A stretch of 64,000 nucleotides of DNA from Trichoplax sp. H2 (taxonomy: Eukaryota): positions 62,001 to 126,000 of the forward strand of contig NOWV01000165.1 of NCBI GenBank assembly GCA_003344405.1. Reading direction: 5' to 3'. Position numbers and translations under genes: made by a program. Positions 50,701-64,000 of this stretch are shown here, piece after piece. The notes beneath the pieces are model-generated. The model was not told the origin of the DNA. It saw only the letters and a list, made by a program, of their open reading frames with translations, and searched no databases. Every line of letters begins with the position of its first letter. Position 1 is the first letter of the stretch.

Positions 50701-53394
50701 CGATCCTGGTCTTTTACATCCTTCAAATAGAAAGACTGAACCAAAGTACCGCACACAAGATTATATTCTTGGGATTTACAAGTATTTCATCAACTCAAAC
50801 AACAACTACTACAGCTTCTTCCTCCTGTAACTTTAGTCACACTGCCAACCAGCAACATAAAGTAAATTATGCGTTATTTTGAATTTTAATAGCTATAATA
50901 TATTTAATCTTATAGCAAATGCCTTTAAATATTATTAAATATATTGTACCTAAAGATATATCTAGTTTCAATCCTATCGAATCTTATTATGATGCAACGA
51001 ATTGAAATACTCTTTATTTTTCAATGTATCCAGAACGGATTAGTATTTCACAAAGATATCCATTCACTAGTTGTATGGAAAGTCGTTATCTATATCTTCG
51101 CTATAATCAATATTTGCCGAGAGCTTTATCAACTATATCATGAGGTAATTTGCTAAGAATGGTTTTACCGTTTTGATAGCTTTAAGGGTTGTGACTGTAT
51201 TGCCTTAAGCCGCTTATTTGATTGCTAGATATCAATTTGTCGATCTTATACTGATTTGCAATTACACCATAACTAACGACCAAGAACGTTATAACTATTT
51301 TAATACTATATTTTTTATTAGAGAATTCGATATCTTTTGTCATTTGAAAACTACCTGGAGTTATTTTTACACAGCGCCATTTTAGCATTTGTAGCTAATC
51401 CCGACTACTCATTTAATACAATCTCTTGGGCTTTGGAAAGTTTAGTTATTCAAATATCATTTATAGATTTAATTTTGTTCTTAAGAAAGTAAGCCAGCTG
51501 ACAAAACAAATTATTTTCGTACAAATCATTCAAAATAATCATTTTTACTGGAATAGAACGAATAATTGTTATACATTAATATTACCCCCTGACTCATTCA
51601 TTAGGTTACCAATTATAGGAAAATATGTGTTGATGATGCACCAAATGATTTGGACAGCAGCGAAGGTTTTCATTGATAAATAAAACGAATGAATATGATG
51701 GATTATCAATCTATGTACAGTGCTCGTATACAGTCTGAGGCCTAATTAAAACCATATTATTCATTTAAAGGCCACAAACGCCTAATCTTATATTATAAAC
51801 TGTACAAATTGTATTCTTTCTTGGATATTCCTATATAATAGGTCATGGTAATCATGATCTTCCTGCTATTCGGATTTGCGATAAGTTTTTATACGCTCTG
51901 CTATCGCCAGGTCGGAAAATTAAAGATTTACGCTTAACTGACAAAAATAATAATTTTACTTATAGCCATTAGCTGATAATCAAATATTAAATAAAGATAA
52001 AAACATAGTTCAGCTTACCCTTACTACCCAACAGTTATCATTGTAAGACTTGCAAACATTAAGAATTTTAAAACATTGAAAGATTGAACAGTTGCTATAG
52101 AATATCTATTTATCAATATGCAATGATGCAGTGTTATGAATATTATTAAAATGTTTTATTTATGTGTATTAAAATTTTAGATGTCTTTCTATTCCATGTC
52201 CCTATCATTTGTCAAAGTAATTGACATGCTGGTCGGAGAACTGAACTATAGTAGTCTTTTGGAAGCCATTCGTAAAGGCAGCATCGCTTATCCTGATGCA
52301 TATATGCTGCTTTTTCTAATAATTATCTTCATTTTCTTCATACCGATCATCATGATGAATCTACTGGTAACTTTTATGTAGCCTAGTTAAAATTGTAAAA
52401 TAACGTTACTATAGCCTAGTAAATACATATATTCTATCTAAATATTTTACATAATATTACTTGAGCAGTTATTATAGAATAAACATTGCACTTATGAAAT
52501 ATAGTGATAGGATCTTCATCCATTCATCACTGTTATACCGTCTTTATTCCACTCTATCAGCCATTACTCACATTAAAAAAAATTTATGTTCATAGAATAA
52601 ACGTGGAATATTTTCGTTAGTTTGAACTGAATAAATTAACGATTATTAGTCAGTTTTAGCTACCTATTACTATTAGCTAAATACAAACTAGCTAACGGAT
52701 ATTCTTATCAAATTCACTATGTAGTCGCTTATTGAAATAGATCAAATAATGATTACTCTCTAATTGGATAACATAGATCGGCTTAGCCGTTGGCGATATA
52801 ACTGAAATGGAAAAGGAAGCTAGTTTGCGGCGACTAGCTGATTTAGCTGATTTCTTTTATAATATTGATAGAGCTTTAATACCTCGCTTTCGTCACTATT
52901 ATGCTATTAATAAGATCAAGTGTAAAGAATTTGGCAATATTGTAAGTCATAATCATTCATATATTTAGAAGTAATTATGATCACTCAAAACAGTATATCA
53001 TGGTTGCTAAATTCTAGTGGTAGTCATAGGTTAGAATGTTTGAGATAGCACATTACTGAAGATTTATCATCATCTTAAAAAATAATTATTCGGATGCTTG
53101 ATAATGATCTCATTAACGCTAGAATATGCTTAGAAATGGCGCAAAAGAGCAAAAACAGGCTAAAATTATCAGTGATACAAAAGTAAATTCTGGGATGCAG
53201 ACACAGTCTTTACGGTAATATTTCTCATCATACTTCTGGTTGATAATTTCAAGTAATATTTATTCAATCTTGCTATATTTTGTACAAACTTTTTATATTT
53301 TAGGCTTGATGCATTGCAAGATAGATTGAGGCTTATGCAGTATAGTCTTGAGAAGGCTTTACATCAATCGCCAAATGAGTCTCCTTCGAAATAG
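41733..53394 (+). CDS. TRPA1-like: Gene E: complete TRPA1-like channel, 26 exons; closest paralog of gene F; two GC-AG introns
   Basis: Exons 41733-41822, 41992-42154 (GC donor), 42304-42479 (GC donor), 43507-43614, 43755-43961, 44163-44210, 45859-46032, 46793-46990, 47072-47155, 47394-47476, 48324-48485, 48596-48707, 48844-49013, 49560-49644, 49849-49914, 50140-50232, 50471-50541, 50642-50861, 51034-51144, 51322-51488, 51605-51665, 51842-51910, 52181-52366, 52777-52941, 53123-53214, 53304-53394 (TAG). Pore IDMLVGELNY; S6 MMNLLIGLAVGDI. The start codon and exon 25 boundaries are less certain. Confidence 0.88.
42570..43190. repeat. Degenerate tandem repeat (about 6 units of roughly 70-150 bp) in gene E intron 3
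   Basis: The core ttaattagtgaycGTTTCAATTTTGAAGCTTTcc...gagtatttac...gactaattcataa recurs near 42588, 42704, 42791, 42942, 43046 and 43118. It is absent from the paralogous gene F intron. Confidence 0.85.
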
Positions 53395-56090
53395 CCGGTT
53401 TAAAGTTCGTAAAATCAATCATAGATCTCATTTAATTTGAAATTCATGGAATAAATCCTGTTGTTAGCTCAGGATCGAAATTAATCAGATACAGTAGATC
53501 GGATTTCATTTGTCCTTAGCATAAGTTATTATCTTTCTCGAGCGAAATTTTGATTTCTAATAATTCATCAAATAAGAAGCAAACAATTATCTAGAAATAA
53601 ACTAGATACATATTGTTTCGTTATGGTAATCATCATAATTCATGTGCACTATAACAATATTAGGATCAGGATAATAACTCCTTGTAAAACAGGTAATTAT
53701 CTAATTTAATGCTATAAGAGATTTGCTTTTAAAATATTTCAATAATAATAATTAATTAACCCTAGCCAGATACAAAGACACCTTTGACATGATTTATGCA
53801 CGACAGTAATATATTGTTATGATAAAATTTCAATTAGTAGACAATTTTGATGCAAATATTTATTTACCGCAATTATGTCCTGATTAGTAAAAATTTCATA
53901 AATAGTTAAATTACTTCCGGTTGTAACAAGCGTTAATGTAAAATGTTAAAAAGTTAAACCTGATTTCATCATATCTACTTGTAATAAAGTGACTTCAAAA
54001 TATTAAAGTGAGACTTAATACTTCTTGTAAAGCTTCAATTTTTGATTAGACTATTACGAACTGCAAAGACGATTGATTTAATTTCTAAACTGACCTTGAA
54101 TATTTGATCCATGCAGCAACCTTTCATAAGCTGTTTGAATAATTCATAAATTGATCATGGCAGCCAGAATATTGCAACCGAATGTCAATTTTATAAACTG
54201 ACTGGCAAGTTATAAATTAAATACTGTCACGAAGCGATTTTTTCTTTAAAATGCTTATCTTATTTGCGTCAGATAACATACCTTTATCTATGGATAAATG
54301 CATAGTTTTATAATATTGCCTACAAACTGATAACCAATGTTTCTGTAGGTTCAGTATAAATTGAATGAATTTCAATAAAGTTTGGGTTCATTTTGTCTAG
54401 AGAGAGACTAGAAGAGTTACCGTTTCTCCTAACGATAGGAGATCGTCCGGGAAGACATACCTGACAATAGACTCGTACAGTGTATAATTTCTCTATGATA
54501 ATTCTATATTTCATCGCTACAAATTTCGATTTGCAATAGTTATAAACTATAATTGTCATCTAAATTAATATCGCCTGGTAAAGAATTCGTAATAGTACTT
54601 TAATAACTTTGCAAAATATCGCAAATATCACGCAAGTAGCAAACACTGCCATCATTACACATGGTACGTTGATACTCTTCAGTAATTTAGTAACGTATAA
54701 AACTGCTAAAACTAGATATTATTGAAGTTTACAACCGATGATTTTATCTTTTTCACACATTAGATCAAAACAGTTAGTTATGCGTATCGGAGTTCGCTAG
54801 TATCGCTAGTTTAATTAGAAGAATCAAGAAATTGAGTTCGCTAGCAATCACCTACTAAAATGAAAGTAGGATTGTAACTTTCGATCTTAGCCCAAATTTT
54901 ATCTAAATAATAAAATTGCATCACATATTTTTATTTAAGATGTATACTACCAAGGTTGGGTCATTATATGAATTTCACAGGGTAGAGATTCTATTTCAGC
55001 TCCCAATTTAACAAACATATTTATTCTATTTTAAGCTTCTTTCACTCGATCAGCAAATAATAATGCATTGTAAAGGCTGAGTCAAGATTTTTTAAAGATA
55101 ATCAAATTAGTAGAAAGGGCGGTATTAATAAAATGAAGAACATTCCGTGCAAATTTTCATGTCGGAATTTTAACCAAACTTGACACAACAATGCTGGTTG
55201 ATCAACTAGTGTCAAAACAATTGTCATGTTCTCGTTATTTCAACTATGATGACAGTTTAAAGACAATACCAACTGATTAACCTTCGCCAAAACAATTAAC
55301 GTATTCGTGTTATTTTAAGTGTAATGACAGTTTTAAGCTATTTATTGTTGTAGCTAAATAGGATCAATAATTATATTGATTAAAGCAATTATACTATAAT
55401 CTTTTATTGACCGCCGATTATGACTGTTGGTTTAGTCAATAATTTTCAATTTCGGAGTACATAAGAAGGAAGTTGTAAAATGCTTTTACTGTTTTCCTTC
55501 AATTATATTGAAATGATATAAACTGCAAAGTTTTAGTAATACTGCAATAAAGCATAGATTATAATTATCATTATATGTCATGAATCATTGTAAATGGTAA
55601 ATGAGCATATGATGTAGTTTAGAGGCGTAAGTTCTTGCTCGCATTTCATATCCCACTCAAAGATACTTCTGCCTTGCTGTCCCTATTAGTTTCGTATAGG
55701 AACATACAGTATTTAGATAAACCAACCTAATTTCAAAAGAGAAGATTATCACGATGATCTAGAAATATACGCAGAATACAAAAGCCTCTTCATATTTATC
55801 AATAAAAGCCTTGTTTTAATTATTTGATAATGGTACAGTAGTAAACAAGACCATACTGCCATTATTAACAACATTTTCGTTGCCACCTCCCACGGAATTA
55901 TGCGATAGCTATAATTCTTACCGCTTATGAACAGAAAATAATTGATACGAGATTAATATGACGCTATTCCAATATCCATTCTATTAAAGTTAATACCTTA
56001 CCTATTATTGCCATTTTGCAGATAGTAAAAGATTTATATATCATCCTGACACCAAAAAGAGGAATTTATTTTACGCCTAAAATTTCAAGA

Positions 56091-59000
56091 ATGCTGCGAT
56101 CTACATCATTACTAAATAATACTAAAGCTCCTTCGTCTTATTATACTCCACATGTAAGTTTTTACTGCAAAAGTATCCATTGATATAACCTATCGAACTT
56201 TTATTTGCAAATTATACAATTATACACGCATAAAGTCAATTTAGCCTATTAACTATCCTGCAAAGTACAACTAAGATTATGTTACAAAAAGTGAAGATTT
56301 GATATATAGTAAACCATTGTCACGCATTTTATGTGGATTACAATCACTTTAGATACCTACAATTAACGATCAACCATTCTTACGACATGGAATACCTGAG
56401 CAAGTAGTCCCACATCTGATAAATCAGCTAAGTTCAGATGAATTATCTCCTCTTCATTGTGCAGCTAAAAATGATGATGTAGAGATAATAGAATCTTTAA
56501 TTGAACGTGAAGCCAGTAAGTTAACCTATTGGATAGTACGTTAATTTCAATATTGGAGTATGTGTCTTCAAGTAATCTTTGTTTTTACTTACTAAACTTG
56601 AAAATCCAAATAATCAACTTAACTAATTCATTTTATTGAATTGATTTTTTAGATGTTAACATGCCTGGCTTAGATAATATGACACCATTGCATTTGGCTG
56701 CCAGACACAATAAATTGTTAGCTGTTCAAGCGCTTCTCTCTCATGGTGCTAATGCTCAAGCTCAAGACGTCAATTTGGACACTCCACTACATTATGCTGC
56801 TAGAGCCGGTCATCTAGAAATATGCGAGGCAAGTTAATCTAGTTAATGGTCAAAGCAATAGGAGAATTCTACTTTATTCTCTGGATGGTTACATGTTAAG
56901 AACTGATTGCAATTTACAATGGTTATTAATATGTGCCTAACTAATTTCAATCTCAACAGCTACGTATTTTACAACAGTCATTGTATCTAAACTGCAGCAT
57001 TAATTCTAAATATCTGATGATAGTGCTATCACTTTTAAGATCATTTGATCAATTTTATATTAATATGCAATAAAATTTTCAAAGCATTCGTCACGTAGCA
57101 TCTTTTAAAATATTTCGATTAACATTGCAATTTAACCTTATCGGTCATAGACGATAATACAAGAGAATCTAACAGTTTTAAATTTTCACACCAAATTAAA
57201 AATAGATCTATGGAGCATTCCTGAATATTTAGTTTGAAAAATTTTGTCATAGTATTATAATTAGCCACTACGCAATAATCTACGTAGTTCGTAAACGAGA
57301 AAATTTTTTACGGAAATATTAATTTTGCAGTATGTTTCACAGGCGTTAATCAATAGACGACCATTTATGATAGATGAGCAAAATAAAGATAAACTAACGC
57401 CATTGCTTTTGGCCTGCAATTACGACAAAGATTCCATTTTCAAGTATTTAGTAAGTTGACCATTTAAAGTAACAACGTACTGGCCGGCATCGATTTCATC
57501 CACAAGCAGGAGGATTAATACATCTATTGCAATCGAAATATTTCGATGCCCGTTTTCCCAATTTTATTTTTATTTCACAGGTCGATAGAGGTGCTGATAT
57601 CATGGTAAAAGCTGCAGATGGCAGTTTACCAATTCACATTGCAGCTAGTAAAGGCAAAACAGAATTAATGGAATACCTATTAACTAACGGAGAGGACAGA
57701 TTTATCAAGCGTAAAGAACAAATCTCTAATTGTAATTATAGCGGAGCGTCAGTACTACATCGGGCAGTTGAAAGTGGTCAAGAGAAGGTACATCCATCAC
57801 CCTGAATTTAACCATATAATGGAGTACATTTTAATATGTATTGATATACTCGAAAGCATTAACAGTAAATTAACGTTGTAGGAAAAATTAGACTAAAAAT
57901 AACCCTCCAATTTCATACCCTAAATTCCATACTAAAATTGATAGCTGTAATAATATCTTCTTTAAGTAGCGTTAAGTATTTTAAGGTAGACGATGATAAA
58001 AGGTATAAAGGATTTTATTGAGATACAAGTTATAGGCTAACAATGATATGGTTGTTATAGACAAGGTATTTGAGATAGCAGGAACGTAGGAACTGACTAG
58101 CGAGTTAGCGTACAAGGGTATTTATAGGTTTTAGATGAGATTGAGATAATATCTTTATATGTATAGCATGTCGTCTATATGTCGTCATGATGTCGTACAT
58201 TATGAATGTAATACAATGCAGTACTTAAACGGCATATGATAAGTATTCGTATATTAGGATATTACTATACTAGGCATCTTCTATATAAGATCATAATGTT
58301 ACAATAGCTAACAAATAATTCTTATCTAATTTATTTAGGCTACGATACTCTGCTTAGATATCAATCCTGATATTTCTGTTAGAGATGTAGGTATTGGCTG
58401 TCTGATAATGTAGCTTAATGCAAAATGTTAAATAGTTATCAAATGAAGTTCAACGTTATCTATAAATGTTATGATGTACATGCAATTCTTCACGTTCTCT
58501 TAAATAAACCATCAAGTATTTTAAAATAAAGATATCGCTATCGAGATTAATTTCGTGATTAATGTTTCTATTGTGATAAGGTCTCATTTATCTAATTTTT
58601 GCGTAAAAACTGTTATTATTGTATATATTAGACAAATGGACTAACCCCGTTACATGCTGCAGCCATCAGTGGTGAAGATTCTATATGCAAAATTCTATTA
58701 GAGAGAAAGCCTACCGTTGATATGCGAGATAATCATGATCGTACGCCTTTATTTTATGCTGCATCGTTAAATCATTTGAGCATCATTGAAACCCTCATCG
58801 ATGCTGTAAGTCTGATTCTTTTCATGAATATTATGATATTTGTAAACAGAAAGATATTGCAGTCAATAGCTAGGCTGAATTATAGATAATATAAAGAAGT
58901 TTGACCTAAGACGTTTGAGGTACATAGCACAATCCTCATTTACCATCGATATTGAAGAAATTATACCAATTATCAATTAATTAATAGCTCAATGAATTCA

Positions 59001-60381
59001 TTCTTGAACTGTATTTTAATAATCATTAAATTCATATTCCTGAATATTGCATTTAGTTTCGAGAAGTATCTAGTGGCTTGCTTCCAAATTTAAATTACAG
59101 CAAAGCGATAATGTGCAATATTCATATCTTTTGAAAATTTCTAAAATTTTATTAAGAAAAATAAATCCTTTTATGGCACGCTATCCTTAGTCTCCATAAA
59201 AGTGCACAAGTTTTGAATCATTTTACCTGTATCTCTAATATATAAGAGTTCAACATAGATAGCTTATTGCAGTCTAATAGTATTTTCGGATCTGGTTGCT
59301 TCCTTATTTTTTTGGAGTTTGATCGACATCCAGCGATTTCTATACACGAAGGAAATTATTTTCGAAATTTACTAGTCGACTGTTACTTGTGATACATGCT
59401 TTTACGGTAGTAATAATCTACTTTTTTAGTAGTGTATACCTATTAATTTGCAAATGATTAAATCTGTATAGCATATGCATCCGCATTACAACGGGATATA
59501 AGAAATATTCTAAGATTACTGGAATATTCTCATAACGTTTAAAACTAAGAAAACCGATGTCCAAGTAAATACAATAAACTTTAAATTTTAATAGGGCGCA
59601 AATATTGACGAAAGTGATTGCAATCAATTAACACCTTTTCTATGTGCCATAATTCACAATCATTTATCAACAGTCCAGTTACTGATCGGCCGCAATTGCC
59701 AAGTTAACGTCGTCGATACGTCTGGCAGAAATTGTTATCATCTTGCTGTTATATATGATAAAGATTTACGTTTGCTAGAGTATTTCCTAGAGGTAAATTT
59801 CATGATAAATTAAACTTATTATAGATGCTGCCTAAAGTATCAACTGTTCAAAAATTAATTATTTATATGCTAGAACGTGGATCATTCACTTACTAAAGCT
59901 GTGGATGAGCATCAGAGAACACCGATATTTTATGCTTGTAGAAGGGGAAAGGCTGAGGTTATCGATTTTTCAGTACCATATTAAATTAAGTAATAGTAAT
60001 CATATATCAATTCTTAATTACTCTAAAGTATATTAAATAGTACTGGAGATAAATTGCGGATCATGCCAAATATTGCAACTAAATATATTTATTAATACTG
60101 AATTGAGCTAAGATTATATAAAACTTAACATTTGTTTCTAATTTTTGCATTAGGTCTTGAAGTTATTACTGAACTATGATCCAGGCTTGAATACTATCGA
60201 TGAAGATGGCAATAACTGTTTACATTTTTCCTGCATGTAAGCCCTATGTCAGTAATATGATTAAATTTTGCTTCATTAAAAGCTACTATATAAGGTAAAT
60301 GTTAATATGTTATTTGACCATAATTAGTACTGGTACCTGTAGTATATAAGATTCTATATAGATGTTAGCTTAAAACTGTGG

Positions 60382-60417
<36 letters not shown>

Positions 60418-63400
60418 ATATATATAATGATAGATAGTCTTTTTTAGTAATTTATACCTTGCCTCGTGCCATTAGTACTTAAATAATTTTTCATCAACTA
60501 TTATGATGCAGAATTATTATATTTCGGTTTACAAGCATAATATCCGCTGGTATTTCTATCTCAAAGAAATAAATTCCTATGCCTTCCAATTCATTTCTTA
60601 GTTGCTATTACAGCTACTATATACTGATTTATATCCCTAACATTACACGATTGACAGTATGCAATACAAAACCTATTTTCTCGTTAAAATGCATCGTATT
60701 TATCTCTAAGCTTTTCAATCTAATTCTTCTAATTTATCGAATGCTCTCTCACAGTACTATAGAAATAGAGTTTAGAACAAAATCACTTCAAAGATTATAT
60801 CTAATCATAAATTGCTAACGTTAACGGGTATCTAGTCATACTTGTAAGAAAGCTTTTACAGCAACTTATACGGGCTATGATACCATATTTTTTTTGAGTG
60901 AAGTAGCACTTGTAAATCAGTTAACATATCTTCACTAAGCTTAAATTTATGGTTCTTGTAGTTAACTGCCGTCATCAATTTCCTTTACCATATAAAAGCA
61001 GTCCCATCATAATTCTCTTTATATAGGGAAGATTGTGTCGAAATTCTGACGATGTTACTTCAGCATTCACCTCATTTACTGTGCAGCGAGGGAGAAAATT
61101 GCACTACTCTATTACATATTGCCGTCATGAATAGCTGTCCTAATAATGCTCAATTATTACTAGAACAAGGAGCTGATATTAATCGAAGGTCGTTGATTTT
61201 AAACTACACTATCAATAATAATATTACCTGCTCTTAAATTTACTACCCGTGTAATGATTAAAAATAAAACCATTACTCTTAATTTATATCATTAGAGATT
61301 GCTGTTACGAAACACCATTAGATATTGCTTGCATAAAAGGCAATACTCGAATTATTCAGATGTTAATCAATTATGGAGCTGCAGTTAACTCTATCAATCA
61401 ATTCGAGGTAGCATATAGAAAAACCTATATAATACTTATCGTAAATAACGTGTTGCAACGTACTTTGACCTAGTAGCTATTTCTAATATGGTATGCGATC
61501 TATAAATGTCACTTACTCTAAGGTATTTCTAAATACTAATATGTAGGAATCAGCTTTACATATAGCCGCTCACTATGGTCGAGCCGAAATAGCCAATCTG
61601 TTAATGGATCACGGAGCAAATGCTAAGATTGAGAATTGTTATGGTAAAAACTGTTTGGAAGTAGCTATTGAAAATGGTCAAGTGGACGTAGCTATTACAA
61701 TTGCGATAAGGCCTTGGTAACTGATAGAATTACGATACTCAGTTGTAAGACTAAATTCATAGTCATTTTCTAGTTTTTCTTAAATTTATGGCAAATCTTA
61801 TAAATATCTTTACAAATTTACTGTCGAGTTTTAAAAGATAGCAATATTATTTGCTGCTAAATGAAATAAACCTGCCTTGTCTTACTAGAAACCACTAGAT
61901 AGATCACTTTTCTGCAGTTAATACAGCGTCAATTAAAACACTAAAATAAGCGTTTAGCCAAACTGTTAGCTATATTTTTTATTTACCTTGTTGAATATGA
62001 ATTACTACCATTGTTCCGTGATCAATACAGATTTTCTTTCAGAGTATAACTAAAATCCAAGATTCTTCAGCCAATGCATTCATAGTTTTTTTAGATTGCA
62101 GTAATCAGTAAAAAACGATAGATTTAAATTAGACTATGGTTGCTCAGAATTGAAAAGTTTTAATTGACAGACTATATCAACTATTTACACGTAGATGTAA
62201 TAACGTACATAATTTCGTAATAATTGTTAAATATTTTATAATTACGGTATTGTCTATAGCAATCATGATATGTTACTTAAAGTTGGAGATGATAGAATAA
62301 CAACAATGCAATCTATTGTGAAATGGAATTCCAAAGTTGCCTGGGTTAGTAAAATTTATATTTTTCATAAGCATATGATACAGTTAATCAAAGAGTAAAT
62401 AATACCATTTCGGCCGGTAACGAACTGAATTCAATAAACTCGAGGACCTCTACCATAAATAAATGCTTCCTTTATTAATCTATCACCGTAAGAATACTTA
62501 AAATTCAGACTTTCGATTAATAGTCTTGCACAATTATTTGTCATAGGCGATTATGGATAGCTATATAACGAAAACTACATTGATAGGGAATCATAATATG
62601 AATATGGTAAGCTATTTATTATTGTATCGATACAAGTAGACATTCAGTACATTATCTCATGATTTAGCGCTCTTACAAATTACTAGTAAATAACAAGAAC
62701 CATTTGAGCTTAGAATTATGAAATAACAGTCAATTAACAATTATTGCTATAGGTCAAATACGATTTCTCAATAATAGATCCGGGCATTGAGTTTGAAAAA
62801 AATCATAACCCTGACAATGGGATTGGTAGTTTCAATGCCGTAAAGGTAAAAATTAGAACATGCTAGCATTCTATGCTATTATCTGAAATATTTCGCCCTT
62901 AAATCCTTATTGAAGGTATTATAACGCATAAATATCGATACCTGTATCAATAAAGATATTCAGAATAAGATCTGGCTAACGATACAGTATCATATCTAAA
63001 CATTTAAACTATATTTAACTTTATTGCTAATACAGGTATAAGTATCCAGCTTCATTTTTTTTCTTCACTAGACAATTGCATCATCAAAAGATATTAGCTT
63101 ACTTGAGCATCCATTGACGGCTAAATTTTTGGATACAAAATGGTAAGCTTACATTATTACGTGCGAATCAATGAAACATGGACCTCTTGCTCTTCAACTT
63201 CAATCCTTATAGACAATCTTTCCCTCATTCAGGTCAAAGTATGGCCGCTATATTTATACTGCTAACCTGGCTGTCTACACGATTTTTATTCTCATTCTAA
63301 TCATTTATATCCTCGAAGTAGAAAGGCTTTATCAACATTTAACAAGTAATATAGTCTTTCTAGGGTTTACACGCCCAACAGATCAACCAGCATCTTCTTC

Positions 63401-64000
63401 ACTTCTTTTCTCAAATCAGACTGACAATGACCATCATAAGGTAAATTGTGACTTTAAATTTCCAGCTAATTACATAAATCTTAGAAATCATCCTTAAACA
63501 TTATCAAGCAGATAATTTGGGGATATTTAATATATTTAATCATGATGAATCCTACAATTGTATCATGAATTAAAGTATTTATCTCCAATATATCAAAGCC
63601 TGGCTTAAATTTTAGAAACATCTACAATTCGCTAAGCGTCATACGAGTGTTTATTGCAATTTTTTCCGCAATCAATATCTGTCGTGAACTTTTCCAATTA
63701 TATCATGAGGTAATTCGCCAAAATCATTTCATAATGTTAAGTAATAATGCTTGAGTTGCCTTACGGCTCATACCTACGGGAGGCAACTTAATATGTAATA
63801 ATAAATGATTAGAGCTACCAGTCTAGAGATTCTTGTAAGTATTTTCCTTTCAAAATTACTTATAGAGAATTCGGTACCTTTTATCGTGTGAAAACTATCT
63901 AGAGCTGATATTACATAGCGCCGTTTTAGCAATTATTAGCAACTCCAATCATTCAGATGGAACAGCTCTTTGGGCCCTAGGAGCCTTAACTATTCAGATA
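56091..64000 (+). CDS. TRPA1-like: Gene F: TRPA1-like channel, exons 1-20 (ankyrin repeats through S4), continuing beyond the window
   Basis: Exons 56091-56153, 56353-56515, 56653-56828 (GC donor), 57343-57450, 57581-57787, 58339-58386, 58632-58805, 59595-59792, 59874-59957, 60154-60236, 61027-61188, 61296-61407, 61547-61716, 62260-62344, 62547-62606, 62753-62845, 63072-63142, 63233-63440, 63599-63709, 63866->64000. Collinear with gene E; pre-S1 LLEHPLTAKFLDTKW. The start is uncertain because the frame is open upstream to an AG at 56021. Confidence 0.88.
60386..60427. repeat. (TA)n microsatellite in gene F intron 10
   Basis: About 14 uninterrupted TA units at 60386-60414 plus a short interrupted extension. 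Confidence 0.95.

Noticed and set aside
29702-53394. Genes D and E as pseudogenes because some GT donors are missing
   Set aside because: The sites are GC donors with strong consensus, frames stay intact throughout, and one GC donor is conserved between E and F.
54080-54200. P-element/THAP9 transposase remnant (AYERLL-like motif on the minus strand)
   Set aside because: It needs a frameshift and lacks the SQDxLE motif; too weak to call.
255-61237. Treating the short ORF-track entries as independent small genes
   Set aside because: The meaningful plus-strand ORFs are single TRPA exons read through into introns. The minus-strand ORFs (e.g. 11919-12116, 27885-28073, 33711-33911, 38628-38840, 48898-49164) are antisense shadows of exons or AT-rich chance frames.

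Overview
AT-rich eukaryotic (animal) genomic DNA with many short spliceosomal introns. The low GC and compact gene structure fit a placozoan such as Trichoplax, but that is inference only. Almost the whole window is a head-to-tail (+ strand) tandem array of at least six TRPA1-like ankyrin-repeat cation channel genes, called A-F here: the 3' end of A, four complete 26-exon genes B-E (B sums to 1079 aa) and the first 20 exons of F. All exons I traced splice in frame and share intron positions and phases. The paralogs differ at functionally important sites: reactive cysteines, pore, S4, the S6 proline, the S1-S2 loop and the C-terminus. Five introns use GC donors. Intron 7 of gene C contains a minus-strand Helitron (5'-TC...hairpin-CTAG-3', A|T target, no TSD). 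Its empty site lies on a small contig between two N gaps, probably the other haplotype, which also makes exon 7 appear duplicated. Exon coordinates were derived by hand. Human TRPA1 comparisons and residue numbers are from memory and need alignment checks.
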